This document shows, piece by piece, positions 6,701 through 14,672 of a stretch of DNA of 16,000 nucleotides. A program made the translations under genes and the position numbers. The DNA is from Lacunisphaera sp. Lineage in GTDB: Bacteria > Verrucomicrobiota > Verrucomicrobiia > Opitutales > Opitutaceae. Location of the stretch: contig CBDFNB010000014.1 in the NCBI GenBank assembly GCA_965249855.1, positions 212,965-228,964 of the forward strand, given 5' to 3'. The notes under the pieces were generated by a model. The model was not told the DNA's origin. It saw only the letters and a program-made list of their open reading frames with translations, and searched no databases. The first letter of the stretch is position 1. Each line of letters opens with the position of its first letter.

Positions 6701-7669
6701 ATGCCCCGCATCCTCACCGGCATCACGCCCTCCGGCACCCTGCACATCGGCAACTATTTCGGCGCCATGCGCCCGGCCATCGAGCTCCAGGCCGGCGGCG
6801 ACGCCTACTATTTCATCGCGGACTACCACTCGATGACCGTGCTGACCGACGCCAGGGAGCGCCTCGCCTACACCCAGGGCATCGCCCTCGACTGGCTCGC
6901 CTGCGGGCTCGACCCGGCCAAGTCCGTCTTCTGGCGCCAGAGCGACATCCCCGAGGTCTGCGAGCTTACCTGGATGCTCGGCACGCTCACGCCGATGGGC
7001 CTGCTCGAGCGCGCCCACAGCTACAAAGACAAGACCGCCAAAGGCATCTCGCCCAACTTCGGCCTCTTTGCCTACCCGGTGCTCATGGCCGCGGACATCC
7101 TGCTCTTCGACACCAACATCGTGCCCGTCGGCAAGGACCAGAAGCAACACCTCGAGATGACGCGCGACATGGCGATCAAGTTCAACCTCACCTACGGCGA
7201 AACCCTCGTCGTGCCCGAGGAGCGCATCTCCGAGGCGGTCGCGACCATCCCCGGCCTCGACGGCCAGAAGATGTCCAAGAGCTACGGCAACACGATCGAG
7301 ATCTTCGGCGACGAGAAGGCCCTCCGCAAAAAGATCATGGGCATCGTCATGGATTCGCGCACGCCCGCCGAGCCCAAGCCCGATGCCGACAAGAACCTCG
7401 CGATCCAGCTCCTGCGCCACGTGGCGCCGAAGGACGTCGCGGTTGACTTCGAGAACCGCCTGCGCGCCGGCGGCCTCGGCTACGGCGACCTGAAGAAGGC
7501 GCTGTTCGAGCACTACTGGAATTTCTTCGCCCCGTATCGCGCCAGGCGCGCCGAGCTCGCGGCGAATCCCGATTATGTGGAAAAGGTCCTCCGCGACGGC
7601 GCCGTGCGCGCCCGCGCCGTGGCCGAGAAGACAATGGCCCGCGCCCGCAAGGCCTGCGGTCTGCGGTAG
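6701..7669 (+). CDS. trpS: Tryptophan--tRNA ligase
   Basis: 322 aa with the class I signatures TLHIGNYFG (HIGH) and KMSKS. Size and overall sequence are typical of bacterial TrpRS. Confidence 0.95.
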   Translation: MPRILTGITPSGTLHIGNYFGAMRPAIELQAGGDAYYFIADYHSMTVLTDARERLAYTQGIALDWLACGLDPAKSVFWRQSDIPEVCELTWMLGTLTPMGLLERAHSYKDKTAKGISPNFGLFAYPVLMAADILLFDTNIVPVGKDQKQHLEMTRDMAIKFNLTYGETLVVPEERISEAVATIPGLDGQKMSKSYGNTIEIFGDEKALRKKIMGIVMDSRTPAEPKPDADKNLAIQLLRHVAPKDVAVDFENRLRAGGLGYGDLKKALFEHYWNFFAPYRARRAELAANPDYVEKVLRDGAVRARAVAEKTMARARKACGLR

Positions 7670-7687
7670 CCGCCGCGTTTTCCTGCC

Positions 7688-8965
7688 GTGAGCGACCACA
7701 CCGACATTGGACGCCAGCGGCAGCGTGCGATCTACATCGCCGGCGTCGGCGGTCACCGTCCGGCGGTGCCGGTGGCGCAGGCTGAATTGGAAAAAGCCGC
7801 GCAGGCGGCGATGTCGCCCGAGGCCTGGGCCTATGTGGCGGGCGGCGCGGGGCGCGAGTCCACCATGGACGCCAACCGGGCGGCATTCGAGAAGTGGCGG
7901 ATCGTCCCGCGCGTGCTGCGCGACGTCGAGAAACGCGACCTGTCGATCGAGCTGTTCGGCCAAAGATTGCCGTCGCCGTTGCTGCTTTGTCCGATCGGCG
8001 TGCTGGGTCTGGTGCATCGCGACGCGGATCTCGCCGTGGCGAAGGCCGCCTCAGCGCTGCGCGTGCCGTATATCTTTTCCAACCAGGCTTCGGTGCCGAT
8101 GGAGGAGTGCGCCGCCACCATGGGCGACGCCCCGCGCTGGTTCCAACTCTACTGGAGCCGGTCGAACGAACTCGTCGCTTCGTTCGTGAAGCGCGCCGAG
8201 GCCTGCGGTTGCTCGGCCATCGTGCTGACCCTCGACACGACGATGCTCGGCTGGCGGCCGCGCGACCTCGATCTGGGCTCGCTGCCGTTCATGCAAGGGC
8301 AGGGTATCGCCCAATACACGAGTGACCCGGTCTTCCGTTCCCTGCTCGCGCAGCCGCTCGACCTCGGGCCGGCGCCCCAGCCGCCGTTGAACCTGCAGAC
8401 CATCGCTACGGCGCTGGAGCAGAAGGCGAATTACCCCGGAGGACTCATGAAGAACCTCACTTCCGGCGACCCGCGCGCGGCCGTGCAGCGGTTCATTACG
8501 ACCTACTCAAGGCCATCGCTGCAGTGGGACGACCTCAAGTTTCTGCGCCAGCACACCAAGCTGCCCATCCTGCTCAAGGGGGTGCTGCATCCCGACGATG
8601 CGATGAAGGCGGTCGAAACCGGCATCGACGGCCTCGTCGTCTCGACGCACGGCGGCCGGCAGATCGACGGTGAGATTGCCGCGCTCGACGCGCTGCCGGC
8701 GGTCGCCGAGGCCGTGAACGGCAGGATTCCCGTGCTCTTCGACAGCGGCGTGCGCGGCGGGGCGGATGTGTTCAAGGCCCTCGCGCTCGGCGCGAACGCG
8801 GTCTGCCTCGGGCGGCCCTACGTTTACGGCCTGGTGGTTGCCGGCCAGAAAGGCGTCGAGGAAGTTACCGGCAACGTGCTCGCCGAGTTCGACCTGACGC
8901 TTGGGCTGGCGGGATGCGCCAGCGTGCGGGAAATCACCCGCGCCTCGCTTCAGATCACGGCGTAG
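7688..8965 (+). CDS. FMN-dependent alpha-hydroxy-acid oxidising enzyme, lactate 2-monooxygenase-like
   Basis: 425 aa with a GTG start. It is collinear by eye with the remembered Mycobacterium smegmatis lactate 2-monooxygenase. Shared segments include YVAGGAG...AN..AF..W.I.PR.L, WFQLYW and [12 protein letters not shown]. Further shared segments are PILLKGV.HPDDA, STHGGRQ and [25 protein letters not shown], plus the extra loop after the RPRDL segment. Confidence 0.88.
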   Translation: MSDHTDIGRQRQRAIYIAGVGGHRPAVPVAQAELEKAAQAAMSPEAWAYVAGGAGRESTMDANRAAFEKWRIVPRVLRDVEKRDLSIELFGQRLPSPLLLCPIGVLGLVHRDADLAVAKAASALRVPYIFSNQASVPMEECAATMGDAPRWFQLYWSRSNELVASFVKRAEACGCSAIVLTLDTTMLGWRPRDLDLGSLPFMQGQGIAQYTSDPVFRSLLAQPLDLGPAPQPPLNLQTIATALEQKANYPGGLMKNLTSGDPRAAVQRFITTYSRPSLQWDDLKFLRQHTKLPILLKGVLHPDDAMKAVETGIDGLVVSTHGGRQIDGEIAALDALPAVAEAVNGRIPVLFDSGVRGGADVFKALALGANAVCLGRPYVYGLVVAGQKGVEEVTGNVLAEFDLTLGLAGCASVREITRASLQITA

Positions 8966-9654
8966 CGCGGCTCGGGGAGCGCGGCGATGCGGTCCATGAT
9001 GCGCTGGGCCGCGGTCTCGTAGCGGGCCTTGCCGGCCGACGGGTCGTCGTATTCGGCGGCGGCGATCGGCGGGCCGAAGACGATGGTCACCGGGGTGCCG
9101 AAATTCGGGATCTTCGCGCCCTTCCCGAACGCGGCGAAGGAACCGTAGACCCGGCAGGGCACGACCGGCACGCCGGTCTTGCACGCCATCAGGCCGACGC
9201 CGGCCTTGGCCTTTTGCAGATGGCCGTCCGGCGAGCGTGTGCCCTCGGGGAACAGCACGACGGCGCGATCCTCCTTGAGGGCCAGCAGCACCTTCTTGAT
9301 GGCGCCGATGTCGCCGCTGTCGCGCTCGACGGGGATGGTCTCCACCTGGTCGAGCCACCACGACATGAGGCGGTTGTTCCAGAGGCTCTTGCGGGCGAAG
9401 AAGCGCATCTGCTTCGCGATCTGGCTGCCCACGAACGGCGGGTCGAGGTGGCTGGCGTGGTTGGAGGCGATGAGGAACGGGCCTTCCGTGGGAAAATTGT
9501 CCGTGCCGACCACCTCGCCGCGGAACCACATGGCGTGAATGGTGCCGGCCAGATAGTGGAAGAAGCCGTAGAACGGCCGCATCGTCGCGTGGTCGGGGGT
9601 CCGGGGCATGGGGATCAGAGGACGGATGTCAGATGACAGAAGTCGGCCAGACAT
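8950..9654 (-). CDS. plsC: 1-acyl-sn-glycerol-3-phosphate acyltransferase family protein
   Basis: The acyltransferase motifs NHASHLDPP (HX4D) and FPEGTRS are present. The longest ORF starts at 9654. Starts at 9609 (MPRTPD) or 9582 (MRPFYG) are equally possible, and 9610-9654 looks repeat-derived (see findings). Confidence 0.85.
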   Translation of the reverse strand: MSGRLLSSDIRPLIPMPRTPDHATMRPFYGFFHYLAGTIHAMWFRGEVVGTDNFPTEGPFLIASNHASHLDPPFVGSQIAKQMRFFARKSLWNNRLMSWWLDQVETIPVERDSGDIGAIKKVLLALKEDRAVVLFPEGTRSPDGHLQKAKAGVGLMACKTGVPVVPCRVYGSFAAFGKGAKIPNFGTPVTIVFGPPIAAAEYDDPSAGKARYETAAQRIMDRIAALPEPRYAVI

Positions 9655-9658
9655 TTTT

Positions 9659-9746
9659 TGTCATTCCGAGCGAAGCGAAGAATCCAGTTGCACGAACCTT
9701 CGGCGAGGAGCGAACGACTGGATCCTTCGCTTCGCTCAGGATGACA
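9659..9746. repeat. Palindromic hairpin element, copy A (GTCATYCYGAGCGAAGCGAAGRATCC family)
   Basis: The left arm is GTCATTCCGAGCGAAGCGAAGAATCCAGT (9660-9688). The right arm is ACTGGATCCTTCGCTTCGCTCAGGATGAC (9717-9745). 26 of 29 positions are complementary and the loop is 28 nt. It lies between the cmk stop and the plsC start. Confidence 0.9.
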
Positions 9747-9769
9747 GGCTGGGAGTGTTTCCAGTTGAA

Positions 9770-10435
9770 TCATGGCAGCTTCGGCGCGATGAGCGCGCTC
9801 ATTTTTTCCACGACCTGCTCGAGCGAGATGAACGTCGAGTCGATGTCGATGGCGCCGGCGGGGCAGGTGAGGGGCGAGGCCTTGCGCGAGGAGTCGAGCC
9901 GGTCGCGCTCGGCGATGGAGTCCTGGCCACCCTCCTTGGCGCGGCGCTTGGCGCGCTCGGCGGGGTCGGCATGCAGAAAGAAGCGGAAATCCGCCGCGGG
10001 GAAGATGACCGAGCCGATGTCGCGGCCCTCCATGACGAGCCCGCGGAAACCGTGCTGCCTGGCCACGTCCACCTGGCCGCGCTGGTAACCCAGCAGCGTG
10101 TGCCGGACCTCGGGGATGGCGGCGTAGTGCGAGACGTGGTCGTTGACGTTCTGGCCGCGGATCTCGCTGCTCGCGGGCTCGCCACCGATGAGCATCTGGG
10201 CCGAGCGGCCGTTCAGCCGGGTGGAAAAATCCAGGCTGGCAAGCGCCCCCTTGAGCTTGGCCAGGTCGGTGTGGGGCACACCCAGACGCAGCAGTTCATA
10301 GGTGATGTGCCGGTAGAACGAACCGGTGTCGACGTGGAGCAGGTTGAAGTGCTCGGCGAGGATCTTGGACGACGACGACTTGCCGGAGGCGGCGCCGCCG
10401 TCGATCGCGATGATGATGAAGGGGGATGCGGACAC
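9770..10435 (-). CDS. cmk: Cytidylate kinase
   Basis: 221 aa with the P-loop IIAIDGGAASGKSS followed by HVDTGSFYR. The size is typical of Cmk. Confidence 0.95.
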   Translation of the reverse strand: MSASPFIIIAIDGGAASGKSSSSKILAEHFNLLHVDTGSFYRHITYELLRLGVPHTDLAKLKGALASLDFSTRLNGRSAQMLIGGEPASSEIRGQNVNDHVSHYAAIPEVRHTLLGYQRGQVDVARQHGFRGLVMEGRDIGSVIFPAADFRFFLHADPAERAKRRAKEGGQDSIAERDRLDSSRKASPLTCPAGAIDIDSTFISLEQVVEKMSALIAPKLP

Positions 10436-10472
10436 TGAAATTAGTTCGAGAGCAGATTAGAGACACCGCTCG

Positions 10473-10560
10473 CCTGTCATCCTGAACGAAGTGAAGGAAC
10501 CATCAGGATGCGCGCTGGCGAACATGGTGATGGATTCTTCGCTGTGCTCAGAATGACAGG
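10473..10560. repeat. Palindromic hairpin element, copy B (same family as 9659-9746)
   Basis: The left arm is GTCATCCTGAACGAAGTGAAGGAACCATC (10476-10504). The right arm is GATGGATTCTTCGCTGTGCTCAGAATGAC (10529-10557). 22 of 29 positions are complementary, mostly differing by transitions, plus 3 outer pairs CCT/AGG. The loop is 24 nt. It lies between the aroA stop and the cmk start. Confidence 0.85.
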
Positions 10561-10573
10561 GAATCGGGTGTGT

Positions 10574-11785
10574 TCAGGCACAGGATTCCCGGCGCAGGGT
10601 TTCGAGCAAGTCAAAGAATGCCGGGAAGGTCTTTGCGCAGCAGGCGGGATCCTTGATCGTGAGCCAGGGCCGGCCGTTTTTCAGCAGGTCGTGACAGCCG
10701 AGGATGCCAAAGCTCATGGCGAAGCGGTGGTCGTGATAGGTCTCGATCTCGACGCCGGGCGTCAGCGGGCGCGGGTGGATTTCCAGGGAATCCTCGGTCT
10801 CGATCACGTGCTGGCCGAGTTTCTTCAGCTCATTGGCCATGCCGGCGACGCGGTCGGTCTCCTGCCTGCGGGTGTGGGCGATGCCGGAGATTTTCGTCGG
10901 GCCGTCGAGCAATGGGGCGATCGCGGCGAGGGTGAGGAAGGTGTCGGAGAATTCGCGGAAGTTCCGGTCAAGGCCGCGCCGGTCGCGGGCGACCGCGCCG
11001 ATGACCTCGCTGAATTTCATGTCCCCCTGGAGCGGGCCGCCGTAGTTGGGCAGCGCGAGTGCGCCGCCGGTGACGACGGGCAGGGCGAGAAAGTAACTGG
11101 CGGCCGACGCGTCCCCCTCGATCCGGTAGTCGGCCGGTGCGGCGGTGAACTGGCGCACCATCGCTTCGGTCATCGTCACGAACGGCTTCGAGCCGGTCTC
11201 GCCCTTGAGGTTCACCGTGAGCGGCGACTTCGCGTGCGGGGCGACCATCAGCAGCGCCGAGAGCATCTGGCTGCTCTCGGAGGCGTCGAGGTCGACGTTG
11301 CCGCCGCGCAGGCCGGCGGTCTTGAGCGTGAAGGGGAAGCTGCGCGCGCTGGCTTTCGCGCCCTGGGACTCCAGGGCCTCGAGCAAAGCCCCGATGGGCC
11401 GGCGGCGCATGGCCTCATCGCCGTCGAAATGGTAGTTGCCATCGGGCCGGAGGCAGACGAAGGCGGTGAGGAAACGCGCCGCGGTGCCGGCGTTACCCAC
11501 GTCGATCTTCGCCTCGCGCACGGGGATCTCGCCGCCGCGGCCGGCGATGGTGATGGTCAGGGCGTTCTCATCGGTGACGACGATGAGGCCGAGGGCGCGC
11601 AGCGCGGCGACCATAATGCGGGTGTCGCGGCTGAACAGGGCGCCGTGCAGGGTGGTCGTGCCCCGGGCCAGCGCGGCGAGGATAAGCGCGCGGTTGGTGA
11701 TGCTCTTGGAACCGGGCAGGATGACGCTGCCGCGCACCGGCCGGGTGAAGGGCACGATGGGAAGTTTGTCAGGATAGGCGCTCAC
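10574..11785 (-). CDS. aroA: 3-phosphoshikimate 1-carboxyvinyltransferase (EPSP synthase)
   Basis: Motifs LPGSKSITNRALILAAL, VGNAGTAARFL, RRQETDR and DHRFAMSF are present. The real start is taken as the GTG at 11785 (VSAYPDKLPIV...), which overlaps the tyrA stop as GTGA. The ORF-track extension to 12049 is Arg/Pro-rich and lies inside tyrA. Confidence 0.92.
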   Translation of the reverse strand: MSAYPDKLPIVPFTRPVRGSVILPGSKSITNRALILAALARGTTTLHGALFSRDTRIMVAALRALGLIVVTDENALTITIAGRGGEIPVREAKIDVGNAGTAARFLTAFVCLRPDGNYHFDGDEAMRRRPIGALLEALESQGAKASARSFPFTLKTAGLRGGNVDLDASESSQMLSALLMVAPHAKSPLTVNLKGETGSKPFVTMTEAMVRQFTAAPADYRIEGDASAASYFLALPVVTGGALALPNYGGPLQGDMKFSEVIGAVARDRRGLDRNFREFSDTFLTLAAIAPLLDGPTKISGIAHTRRQETDRVAGMANELKKLGQHVIETEDSLEIHPRPLTPGVEIETYHDHRFAMSFGILGCHDLLKNGRPWLTIKDPACCAKTFPAFFDLLETLRRESCA

Positions 11786-12636
11786 GGGATCGGCCGGAAC
11801 TGGTCGCGGTAGGCCCGGCCGCGCTCGAGGATGGCCTGCACCTCGAACCAGTCGCGGTTGGCGAGGGCGCGCTCGAGGTTGTGCAGCTCCTCCTGGTAAC
11901 CGCGCACGGCGCGGAGCACCTCGTCGCGGTTCTGGTCGAGGATGGTCTTCCAGAGCTTGGGATCGCTGCCGGCGATGCGGGTGGTGTCGCGCAGGCCGCC
12001 GCCGGCGAAGTTGCGCCAGCGGACGTCGCGCTTGGCGAGACTGGCGCAAAGCGTCGAGGCCAGCACCTGGGGCAGGTGGCTGATATGGGCGACGATCTCG
12101 TCGTGCGCGTCCGGCTCGATCGTGGCGACATCGGCCTCAAGCGAGGTCCAGAAGGCCGCGACGCGCCCGGCGGCCTTGGGGTCGGTCTCGGGCAGGGGAG
12201 TGACGAAAACCGTGCGGCGCACGAACAGGTCGGCCCTGCCGTGTTCCCAGCCGGTTTTCTCGGAGCCGGCCATCGGGTGCGAGCCGACGAAATGGGTGCC
12301 GCCGGCCAGCGCCTTCTGGCTCAGCCGGCAGATCTCGCCCTTCACGCTGCCGACATCGGTGACGATGGCGCCGGCCGGAAGCGAGGCGGCGATCTGGGCC
12401 ACCAGCGGCCCGATCAGGTCCACCGGGGTGCAGATGACAACCAGCTGCGCCTCGCGCACGGCTTCGGCCGGGGTGTCGGCCACGGCGTCGCACCACGGCT
12501 GGCCCTTGAGCTGCAGGCGGGTCTCGGGCCGTCGGGCCCAGAGAGTAAGGTGCTTGGTCGCACCATAATGCCGCGCGGCCCGGGCCACGGAGGCGCCGAG
12601 GAGGCCGGGAGCAAGGATGGCGATGCGGTCAAACAT
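11782..12636 (-). CDS. tyrA: Prephenate/arogenate dehydrogenase
   Basis: The start is taken at MFDRIAILAPGLLGASVA (Rossmann N-terminus) at 12636. The GSHPMAGSE signature is present. The protein is 284 aa. The ORF-track extension to 12891 overlaps the divergent gene and is compositionally non-coding. Confidence 0.9.
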   Translation of the reverse strand: MFDRIAILAPGLLGASVARAARHYGATKHLTLWARRPETRLQLKGQPWCDAVADTPAEAVREAQLVVICTPVDLIGPLVAQIAASLPAGAIVTDVGSVKGEICRLSQKALAGGTHFVGSHPMAGSEKTGWEHGRADLFVRRTVFVTPLPETDPKAAGRVAAFWTSLEADVATIEPDAHDEIVAHISHLPQVLASTLCASLAKRDVRWRNFAGGGLRDTTRIAGSDPKLWKTILDQNRDEVLRAVRGYQEELHNLERALANRDWFEVQAILERGRAYRDQFRPIP

Positions 12637-12726
12637 GACCCCAAGGCAAAACGGCCGGCCCCGGATTGTCGAGCGCGGGCTCCGCCATTGCCTTTTGGCG
12701 GCGGGCGGAGTTACGTGAACCTCGCG

Positions 12727-14019
12727 ATGAATTATGACAAGGAGCCGGAGCTGCCCGACGTGCCGGTGAACCCGGCGCACCGCCGTGCCGGCGTGTGGCT
12801 GGCCGGCGCGGGCCTGCTGCTCATGGCCGGCCTGGCGGCTTGGTGGCAGCTCGGCCGGGCGCCCGCGGAGGAGACCACCGGCCAGAGGCAACTGGCGGCC
12901 CAGGTCGCCGGGCTGGAGTCACGGCTGGAAAGCCTGCGCGCCCGGCTGGCCGCGATGCCGGCGGACGCGGCCCCGGCCACCCGCCGGGCCCTGCTCGAGG
13001 AGGCGGTCGCCGGGCAGAACGAATTGCTGAAACTGCGCGAGCCGGCGCCGGCGGATCTGGAGCGCCTTGGCGACTGGCAGGTGCAGCTCGACGACGCGCG
13101 CGCGCGCGAGCTGGACCGGCAAAGCCGCGAACTGGAGGCGGCGGCCGAGGAGTTGCACCGGGTTAAGCAGCCGGCCGCCGCCGCGGAGAAACTGCGGGAG
13201 GCCCTGCGCTTGCAGCGCGAGGTGAACGCCAGCATGGCTTCGCGCCAGCTGAAGAGCTACGCGCGCGAGGCGCTGCTGCAGCAACGGGCCGGCGAATTTG
13301 AATCAGACGTCGCCCGGCCGCCCGCGACCGTGTCCGCGGGACCATCCGAGGAGGAGCGCCAGACCGGTCTTTTTCGTCCCGAGCAGGACGCGGTGCGGGC
13401 GTTGGACGCCGCCGCGACCACCCACCTGCGGCTGCGGGAGCTGTTTCAGGCCCAGCAGCAGTTTGTTCCCGCGGGGGACCGGCTGGAGGAGGCGGTGCGG
13501 CAGTTTCCCCGGGCGCGGGAGATGGACGAGAACCTGAGGGAGCGGCTGACCTATCTGCGCCGGCGGGTAAACGACCTCGGGGCCATCCAGGACCAGGCCT
13601 ACGAGTGCTTGTTGCCGCTGCCGGGCCGCGGTCAGGCGGCCCTCATGGATTTGCCGGTGCCACAGGTGTTGTTCTCCCTGGTGATGAACGCCAATCCCAG
13701 CCGGAACGCCGGTCGCACACGGGCGGTTGACTCGGTGAGTTACGCCGAGGCCCTGGAATTTTGCCGGCGGCTCGGCTGGGTGATGGGGACCGCGGTGCGG
13801 CTGCCGACGGCGGAGGAACTGCGCGCCGCCCGCGCGGATCCAGCGTTCAAGACAGGGGAGGGCGGGTTGGACGAGTGGATCGCCGGCGAGGGTGGGGATG
13901 CGGCCATGGCGCAGGTGCTGGGCCGGGACGGCGAGGTGAGGACCGTGCCGCGGACGGAACGTGCGCGGGCGACGGGATTCCGTGTCGTCGTGGAGGTGGA
14001 TTTGCTGGCGGCGCGGTGA
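12727..14019 (+). CDS. Membrane-anchored coiled-coil protein with a truncated C-terminal FGE-sulfatase (SUMF1)-like domain
   Basis: ATG at 12727 (MNYDKEPELPD...); the part of the ORF-track frame upstream is the tyrA/aroA shadow. One TM segment (AGVWLAGAGLLLMAGLAAWWQL) is followed by about 250 aa that is rich in Ala/Arg/Glu/Leu/Gln. The final part reads VMNANPSRNAG..AVDSVSYAEALEFCRRLG....VRLPTAEELRAA....GFRVVVE. That is the motif order of the FGE-sulfatase fold, but much shorter than the canonical domain. Confidence 0.6.
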   Translation: MNYDKEPELPDVPVNPAHRRAGVWLAGAGLLLMAGLAAWWQLGRAPAEETTGQRQLAAQVAGLESRLESLRARLAAMPADAAPATRRALLEEAVAGQNELLKLREPAPADLERLGDWQVQLDDARARELDRQSRELEAAAEELHRVKQPAAAAEKLREALRLQREVNASMASRQLKSYAREALLQQRAGEFESDVARPPATVSAGPSEEERQTGLFRPEQDAVRALDAAATTHLRLRELFQAQQQFVPAGDRLEEAVRQFPRAREMDENLRERLTYLRRRVNDLGAIQDQAYECLLPLPGRGQAALMDLPVPQVLFSLVMNANPSRNAGRTRAVDSVSYAEALEFCRRLGWVMGTAVRLPTAEELRAARADPAFKTGEGGLDEWIAGEGGDAAMAQVLGRDGEVRTVPRTERARATGFRVVVEVDLLAAR

Positions 14020-14079
14020 GTCCCCGCAGGTGGCTTGCCCGCATGCCACGTTGCGCGCGAGCGCACGACCGACCCGCGA

Positions 14080-14493
14080 TCAGCGGCCCCCGAGCTTAAG
14101 GACCCGTGTGAACTCGGCGGGCCGGACGGGCGAGACCGACAGCCGGCTCTGGCGGACCAGTTCCATGGCCTTGAGCGTGGCGTCGGCCTTGATCTGGGCG
14201 AGGGTGAGCGGCGTGGACAAAGGTTTCGCCGGGGCGAGCTCGACGGCGACCCAGCCGGGTTCGTCGGCAGTGGTGTCGGGAAAGGCGGGCTTGGTCACCT
14301 TGGCCACGCCGACGATGCTCTTCGATTCACCGCTGTGGTAGAAGAGCACCTCGTCGCCGGGACGCATGGTGTTGAGGTTGATCCGCGCGGCGTAGTTGCG
14401 GACGCCGGTCCAGTCGGTGCGCTTGTCGCGGACGAGATCGTCCCACGAGTAGGTCTCGGGTTCGGATTTCACGAGCCAGTATTGCGTTGTCAT
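14080..14493 (-). CDS. EVE domain-containing protein (PUA-like fold)
   Basis: The start is taken at MTTQYWLVKSEPETYSWDDL (14493), giving 137 aa. The segment WTGVRNYAARINLNTMRPGDEVLFYHSGE...IVGVAKV is characteristic of EVE (PF01878-like) proteins. Confidence 0.85.
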   Translation of the reverse strand: MTTQYWLVKSEPETYSWDDLVRDKRTDWTGVRNYAARINLNTMRPGDEVLFYHSGESKSIVGVAKVTKPAFPDTTADEPGWVAVELAPAKPLSTPLTLAQIKADATLKAMELVRQSRLSVSPVRPAEFTRVLKLGGR

Positions 14494-14524
14494 CAGGGGG
14501 GCTGCTTGGTCGGATGCGGGAGGA

Positions 14525-14656
14525 ATGAATGAGACGGATCCGGAACTAGCCAAAAAAGCCCACCGGGCACAAATGATTCTTTACGGGGTCATGATTTTCC
14601 TCGGCATCCTGCCCTTTGTCTTGCTGTGGCTGAAAAACCGCGGAGTATTCAACTGA
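14525..14656 (+). CDS. Possible small membrane protein (43 aa), below the ORF-track cutoff
   Basis: My translation is MNETDPELAKKAHRAQMILYGVMIFLGILPFVLLWLKNRGVFN. It has one clean 20-residue hydrophobic helix with basic flanks, and its stop lies 16 nt before the PIN-TRAM start. GC3 is only about 65 percent, lower than neighbouring genes. The ATG is only 31 nt from the divergent EVE start. The call is therefore weak; an alternative start is at 14573. Confidence 0.3.
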   Translation: MNETDPELAKKAHRAQMILYGVMIFLGILPFVLLWLKNRGVFN

Positions 14657-14672
14657 TTCGCCGCCCCGTGGT

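Noticed and set aside
9659-10560. CRISPR-like array
   Set aside because: Only two copies are present, about 730 bp apart and separated by a complete housekeeping gene. Each copy is an inverted repeat rather than a direct repeat unit, and there are no cas genes.
5737-11812. Other long antisense ORFs: 5737..6543(-), 6647..8017(-), 8507..9529(-), 9608..10438(+), 10508..11812(+); also 14649..15443(-) and 24..599(+)
   Set aside because: Each is opposite a CDS with clear family motifs (LbH, trpS, the LMO-like gene, plsC, cmk, aroA, PIN-TRAM, GAF). Their composition is low-complexity Arg/Gly/Ala/Pro. ORF 9608..10438 even reads through the hairpin elements.
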